This document shows, one piece after another, positions 63,561 through 64,000 of a DNA stretch of 64,000 nt. A program made the position numbers and the translations under genes. The notes beneath the pieces are model-generated. The model was not told the DNA's origin. It saw nothing but the letters and a program-made list of their open reading frames with translations, and made no database searches. This DNA comes from Raja brachyura (lineage: Eukaryota), in contig OY740809.1 in the NCBI GenBank assembly GCA_963514005.1, positions 18,352,001 through 18,416,000 of the forward strand. The letters are read 5' to 3'. How positions within the stretch are numbered: position 1 is the stretch's first letter; each line of letters starts with the position of its first letter.

Positions 63561-64000
63561 TACTGCCAGACCAGCTGACTTACTCAAGGACTTTATGGTC
63601 CTGTACATTTTTCTCTGCTGTTGAGGCCTGCTTAAGAAGCTATCTTTTGCAAAGGTTCTCCCATTGTTAAAACATATTACCCATTCAACCCTCTACTCCC
63701 CTAACTTTAATACTTTCTGTATAAAGATAACAAAACATATCCTATTCATTGTGTGCATATTATCAACATTAATCTGAATTAACATCTTATGCATCAAAGT
63801 AACAAATAGCCCAAATGTTAGAATACTCCACAGATAGAAATTGAAGAGAAGTGATGTCATGGGGGTTTGAACGTAGCAGAAAAAGATGAGTTGAAAGGCT
63901 TCTTTCTGTGGAAACTCTAACAATCCTCAGCAAAATAAATATGGTCAATCTGAATCCAATCCCAAGGAGGCACAAGTTATTGAGACTGTTATTTTCCAAA

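Noticed and set aside
174-63999. Most short ORFs in the six-frame track
   Set aside because: They lie in SINE/LINE/Penelope remnants, are antisense shadows of exons, or have no recognisable protein character. The DNA is eukaryotic, so TTG/GTG starts are not informative.

Overview
Eukaryotic vertebrate DNA. The repeat families (HE1/V-SINE-like tRNA SINEs, HER1/CR1 LINEs, Penelope-like elements) point to a cartilaginous fish, probably a skate or ray (inference). The window holds the last nine coding exons of a + strand DLGAP3 (SAPAP3)-like postsynaptic scaffold gene (14107-50632). All splice junctions are GT-AG and phase-consistent, giving 1956 nt = 651 aa plus stop, ending in the Shank-binding motif EAQTRL. 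The upstream coding exon(s) lie outside the window. The rest is introns, 3' UTR and downstream DNA full of transposon remnants. Most notable: (1) a 5'-truncated Penelope-like retroelement (RT + GIY-YIG) with a 12-bp TSD whose 3' end carries a minimal hammerhead-ribozyme motif, and roughly 20 short copies of that motif-bearing end, often as inverted pairs; (2) an orphan TDP2-exon-1-like fragment with its GC box and splice donor inside what looks like a DNA-transposon end; (3) a 28-bp perfect palindrome with an 8-bp TSD; (4) templated or inverted captures of neighbouring DNA at insertions of the hammerhead repeat. Repeat boundaries were read by eye and are approximate; no database searches were run.
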